Source: Armatimonadota bacterium (GTDB lineage Bacteria > Armatimonadota > Chthonomonadetes > Chthonomonadales > CAJBBX01). From it: a stretch of 64,000 nucleotides of DNA. Positions 60,391 to 64,000 of this stretch are shown here, piece by piece. The DNA is taken from positions 2,914 through 66,913 of the forward strand of contig JAPLCQ010000035.1 of NCBI GenBank assembly GCA_026392115.1, given 5' to 3'. The position numbers and the translations under genes are program-made. The notes under the pieces are model-generated. The model ran no database searches. It saw only the letters and a list, made by a program, of their open reading frames with translations, and was not told the origin of the DNA. Numbering within the stretch: position 1 is the first letter of the stretch; each line of letters opens with the position of its first letter.

Positions 60391-63051
60391 ATGAGCAACA
60401 ATAAGCGCGTCTGGCTGTTCCAAGAGGGCAACGCGACACTCCGCGACCTACTCGGAGGCAAAGGCGCCAACCTGGCGGAGATGACCAACATCGGGCTTCC
60501 CGTACCGCCGGGCTTCACGATTACCACCGAGGTCTGCACCGAGTATTACGAGAACGGCAAGCAGCTTCCCGACGGCCTGATGGGCGAGATCAAGACCGCC
60601 TTGGCGGACGTCGAGGCCAATATCGGCAAGACGTTCGGCGACAACGCCAACCCGCTGCTCGTCTCCGTCCGCTCCGGCGCCAAGTTCAGCATGCCCGGCA
60701 TGATGGACACGATCCTCAACCTCGGCCTGAACGACGAAACCATCAAGGCGGTGATCGCCCTGACCGGCAACGACCGCTTCGCCTACGATGCATACCGCCG
60801 CCTCATCATGATGTACTCCGACGTGGTCATGGACGTGCCCAAGCACGAGTACGAGCACATCTTCTATGCCATGAAGGCGAAGCTCGGCGTCACGCAGGAC
60901 ACCGAAGTCGGCGCCGCCGACCTCAAGGAGCTCTGCGAGCAGTTCAAGGCGCACACCCTTGAGCGCGCCGGCAAGCCCTTCCCGCAGGACGTGGTGGCGC
61001 AGCTGCAGTTGGCCGTGGAGGCCGTCTTCCGCTCCTGGAACAACGACCGCGCGATCCTTTACCGCAAGAAGGAGAAGATCAGCGACTCCATCGGCACCGC
61101 CGTCAACGTGCAGTCCATGGTCTTCGGCAACACAGGCAACGACTCCGGCACCGGCGTGGCCTTCACCCGCAATCCGGCCACTGGCGAGAAGAAGCTCTAC
61201 GGCGAGTACCTGATGAACGCCCAGGGCGAGGATGTGGTCGCAGGCGTCCGCACGCCCATGGACATCCAGAGCCTGGCCGAGCAGAACCCGGCCATCTACA
61301 ACCAGTTCGCCGAGATCGCCACGACGCTCGAGAACCACTATCGCGACGTGCAGGACATCGAGTTCACCATCGAGCACGGCCGCCTCTACATCCTTCAGTG
61401 CCGCTCCGGCAAGCGCACCGGCACCGCCGCCGTCAAGATCGCGGTGGACATGGTGGGCGAGGGCCTCATCACGAAGGAAGAGGCTATCGCCGCCCGCGTG
61501 ACGCCCGAACTCCTCGAGCAGACGATGCACCCGCACTTCGTCTCCAAGCCCAAGGACCGCATCATCGCCAAGGGCATGAACGCCGGCCCCGGCGCCGCCA
61601 CCGGCAAGGTGGTCCTGGACTCCGAGACCGCGGTCGCGCAGAACAAGAAGGACCCGTCGACCCCGCTGATCCTCGTCCGCGAAGAGACCAATCCCGATGA
61701 CCTGGGCGGCATGCTCGCCAGCAAGGCCGTCCTCACCAGCCGCGGCGGACGCACTTCGCACGCCGCCCTGGTTGCCCGCCAGTTCGGCATCCCCACCATC
61801 TGCGGCTGCAATGACATCAAGATCGACCACGCCGCCCGCACCGTCACCGCCGGCGCCGTCGTGCTGAACGAGGGCGATTGGATCTCCATTGACGGCACCG
61901 AGGGCATCGTCTACTCGGGTCAGTTGGCCACCGAGGCGCCCAAGGAGGCGGGTGAGGTCGGCGAGCTGATGAAGTGGGCCGACGCCTTCCGCAAGCTGGG
62001 CGTCCGCGCCAATGCCGACACGCCCGAGCAGGCCGCCGAGGCCCTGGAGCTGGGCGCCGAGGGCATCGGACTCTGCCGCACCGAGCATATGTTCCTGGGC
62101 GACCGCGTGCCGCTGGTCCAGAACATGATCCTCGCCGAGAACGAGGACGAGCGGAACGCCGCCCTGGCAGCCCTCCTGCCCTTGCAGCGCGAGGACTTCG
62201 TCGGTATCTTCAAGGCGATGAAGGGCAAACCGGTGACGGTTCGCCTGATCGACCCGCCGCTGCACGAGTTCCTTCCCAACCAGGCCGAGCTCCTCGTCGA
62301 TCTGACCAAGCTCGAGTGTACCGACCCGACATCCGACAAGCTGCCGGGCCTCCGCAAGATGCTGGCCGCCGTCCGCGACATGCATGAGGCCAACCCCATG
62401 CTGGGCCTGCGCGGCTGCCGCCTCAGCATCTACATGCCGGGCATCGTCCAGATGCAGGTGGCCGCCATCATCGGCGCCGCATGCGAAGTGAAGAAGGCCG
62501 GCCTGGACGTTCACCCCGAGATCATGATTCCGCTGATCGGCCACATCAACGAGCTCACTTGGGTCAAGTCCCGCCTTGAGCAGACCGCCCAGGAGACGAT
62601 GAAGTCCGAGGGTGTGGAAGTCGACTACATGTTCGGCACCATGATCGAGATTCCACGCGCAGCGCTCACGGCCGCCGAGATCGCCGGCGAGGCGTCGTTC
62701 TTCAGCTTCGGCACGAACGACCTGACCCAGATGACCTACGGCATCAGCCGCGACGACGCCGGCAAGTTCATGCCGCTCTACATCGACCAGAAGATCTTCC
62801 CCGGCGACCCGACCGAGAGCATCGATCGCGCTGGCGTTGGCAAGCTGATGAAGATGTGCGTCCAGGATGCCCGCGAGATCAACCCGAAGCTCAAGATCGG
62901 TATCTGCGGCGAGCATGGCGGCGACCCGAACTCCATCCAGTTCTGCCACATGATCAACATGAACTACGTGAGCTGCTCCCCGAAGCGCGTTCCCATCGCC
63001 CGCTTCGCCGCAGCCCAGGCCAATCTCGCCGCGGCGGACCGCGACAAGTAG
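60391..63051 (+). CDS. ppdK: Pyruvate, phosphate dikinase
   Basis: Contains GGKGANLAEM, the phospho-His motif GGRTSHAALVARQFG, and the PEP-utiliser TIM barrel (NDLTQ, CGEHGGDP). Confidence 0.95.
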   Translation: MSNNKRVWLFQEGNATLRDLLGGKGANLAEMTNIGLPVPPGFTITTEVCTEYYENGKQLPDGLMGEIKTALADVEANIGKTFGDNANPLLVSVRSGAKFSMPGMMDTILNLGLNDETIKAVIALTGNDRFAYDAYRRLIMMYSDVVMDVPKHEYEHIFYAMKAKLGVTQDTEVGAADLKELCEQFKAHTLERAGKPFPQDVVAQLQLAVEAVFRSWNNDRAILYRKKEKISDSIGTAVNVQSMVFGNTGNDSGTGVAFTRNPATGEKKLYGEYLMNAQGEDVVAGVRTPMDIQSLAEQNPAIYNQFAEIATTLENHYRDVQDIEFTIEHGRLYILQCRSGKRTGTAAVKIAVDMVGEGLITKEEAIAARVTPELLEQTMHPHFVSKPKDRIIAKGMNAGPGAATGKVVLDSETAVAQNKKDPSTPLILVREETNPDDLGGMLASKAVLTSRGGRTSHAALVARQFGIPTICGCNDIKIDHAARTVTAGAVVLNEGDWISIDGTEGIVYSGQLATEAPKEAGEVGELMKWADAFRKLGVRANADTPEQAAEALELGAEGIGLCRTEHMFLGDRVPLVQNMILAENEDERNAALAALLPLQREDFVGIFKAMKGKPVTVRLIDPPLHEFLPNQAELLVDLTKLECTDPTSDKLPGLRKMLAAVRDMHEANPMLGLRGCRLSIYMPGIVQMQVAAIIGAACEVKKAGLDVHPEIMIPLIGHINELTWVKSRLEQTAQETMKSEGVEVDYMFGTMIEIPRAALTAAEIAGEASFFSFGTNDLTQMTYGISRDDAGKFMPLYIDQKIFPGDPTESIDRAGVGKLMKMCVQDAREINPKLKIGICGEHGGDPNSIQFCHMINMNYVSCSPKRVPIARFAAAQANLAAADRDK

Positions 63052-63077
63052 GCCAACCCGTCACTCTGGCGGTCCCC

Positions 63078-63118
63078 GCAACGGCCGGCGTCCCTCCATC
63101 AGGGGCGCCGGCCGTTGC
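63078..63118 (+). terminator. Hairpin downstream of ppdK (weak U-tract)
   Basis: GCAACGGCCGGCG(TCCC) at 63078-63094 pairs with (GGGG)CGCCGGCCGTTGC at 63102-63118, with a 7-nt loop. Confidence 0.4.
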
Positions 63119-63213
63119 CGTATGTGCGTCTGCATCGCCCCCGCGCGGATTTGCCGGCATTTCGTGCTGCGCGTGAAACCCTCATCCGGCTTGCGTCGTA
63201 TCATCCCATGAGA

Positions 63214-63234
63214 CATGAGTGTGGTACACTCAAG
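63214..63234 (+). promoter_or_regulatory. HAIR-like (HspR-associated inverted repeat) operator upstream of clpB
   Basis: CATGAGT-N7-ACTCAAG compared with the consensus CTTGAGT-N7-ACTCAAG (one mismatch). It overlaps a TACACT -10-like hexamer (63225-63230), 45 nt before the clpB ATG. Confidence 0.55.
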
Positions 63235-63278
63235 TCACATTAGCCGGATGTCCGCTTCGGCCAAGGGGGAGGCAGCAT

Positions 63279-64000
<722 letters not shown>

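Overview
This is a GC-rich bacterial chromosomal window made up almost entirely of densely packed housekeeping genes, many with overlapping stop/start codons. I found no CRISPR array, transposase or prophage. Translation and RNA genes include rnpB (RNase P RNA), infC-rpmI-rplT, pheST, tRNA-Asn, a DUF2344-rng-rplU-rpmA-obg block, fmt-def, tsaBE and rsmI. Other core genes are purA, nadA-folB, ppdK, a partial clpB, lexA, trxA and kbl. The window also holds several envelope-glycan genes: three GT-C/PMT-like membrane glycosyltransferases (one frameshifted), a GT2, a decaprenyl-phosphate phosphoribosyltransferase homolog, rfbD, galE, an rfaE-type adenylyltransferase and a GHL10 hydrolase. The strongest finding is a clear TPP riboswitch on the minus strand (about 17701-17792) with a terminator-type expression platform. 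It sits in front of an operon whose first gene is a prepilin-type H-X9-DG (pseudopilin-like) protein, followed by thiamine pyrophosphokinase and a sodium:solute symporter. Other items worth checking:
- an 18-bp perfect palindrome over the lexA -10 element, whose core GTAAG-N6-CTTAC recurs once more in the window
- a HAIR-like (HspR) operator upstream of clpB
- a PpiD-like PPIase ORF with no stop codon that reads in frame into rsmI
- a HigB/HigA module with an extended antitoxin, next to a Rad52/Sak-like annealase and a DinG helicase
- a homolog of cyanobacterial acyl-ACP reductase paired with an uncharacterised protein
- a bacterial translin/TRAX-like protein
- apparent non-canonical start codons for infC and rng

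The H-X9-DG prepilin-type protein suggests a PVC-type or Armatimonadota-like lineage, but taxonomy cannot be settled from this window. All family calls come from reading motifs by eye; no searches were run.
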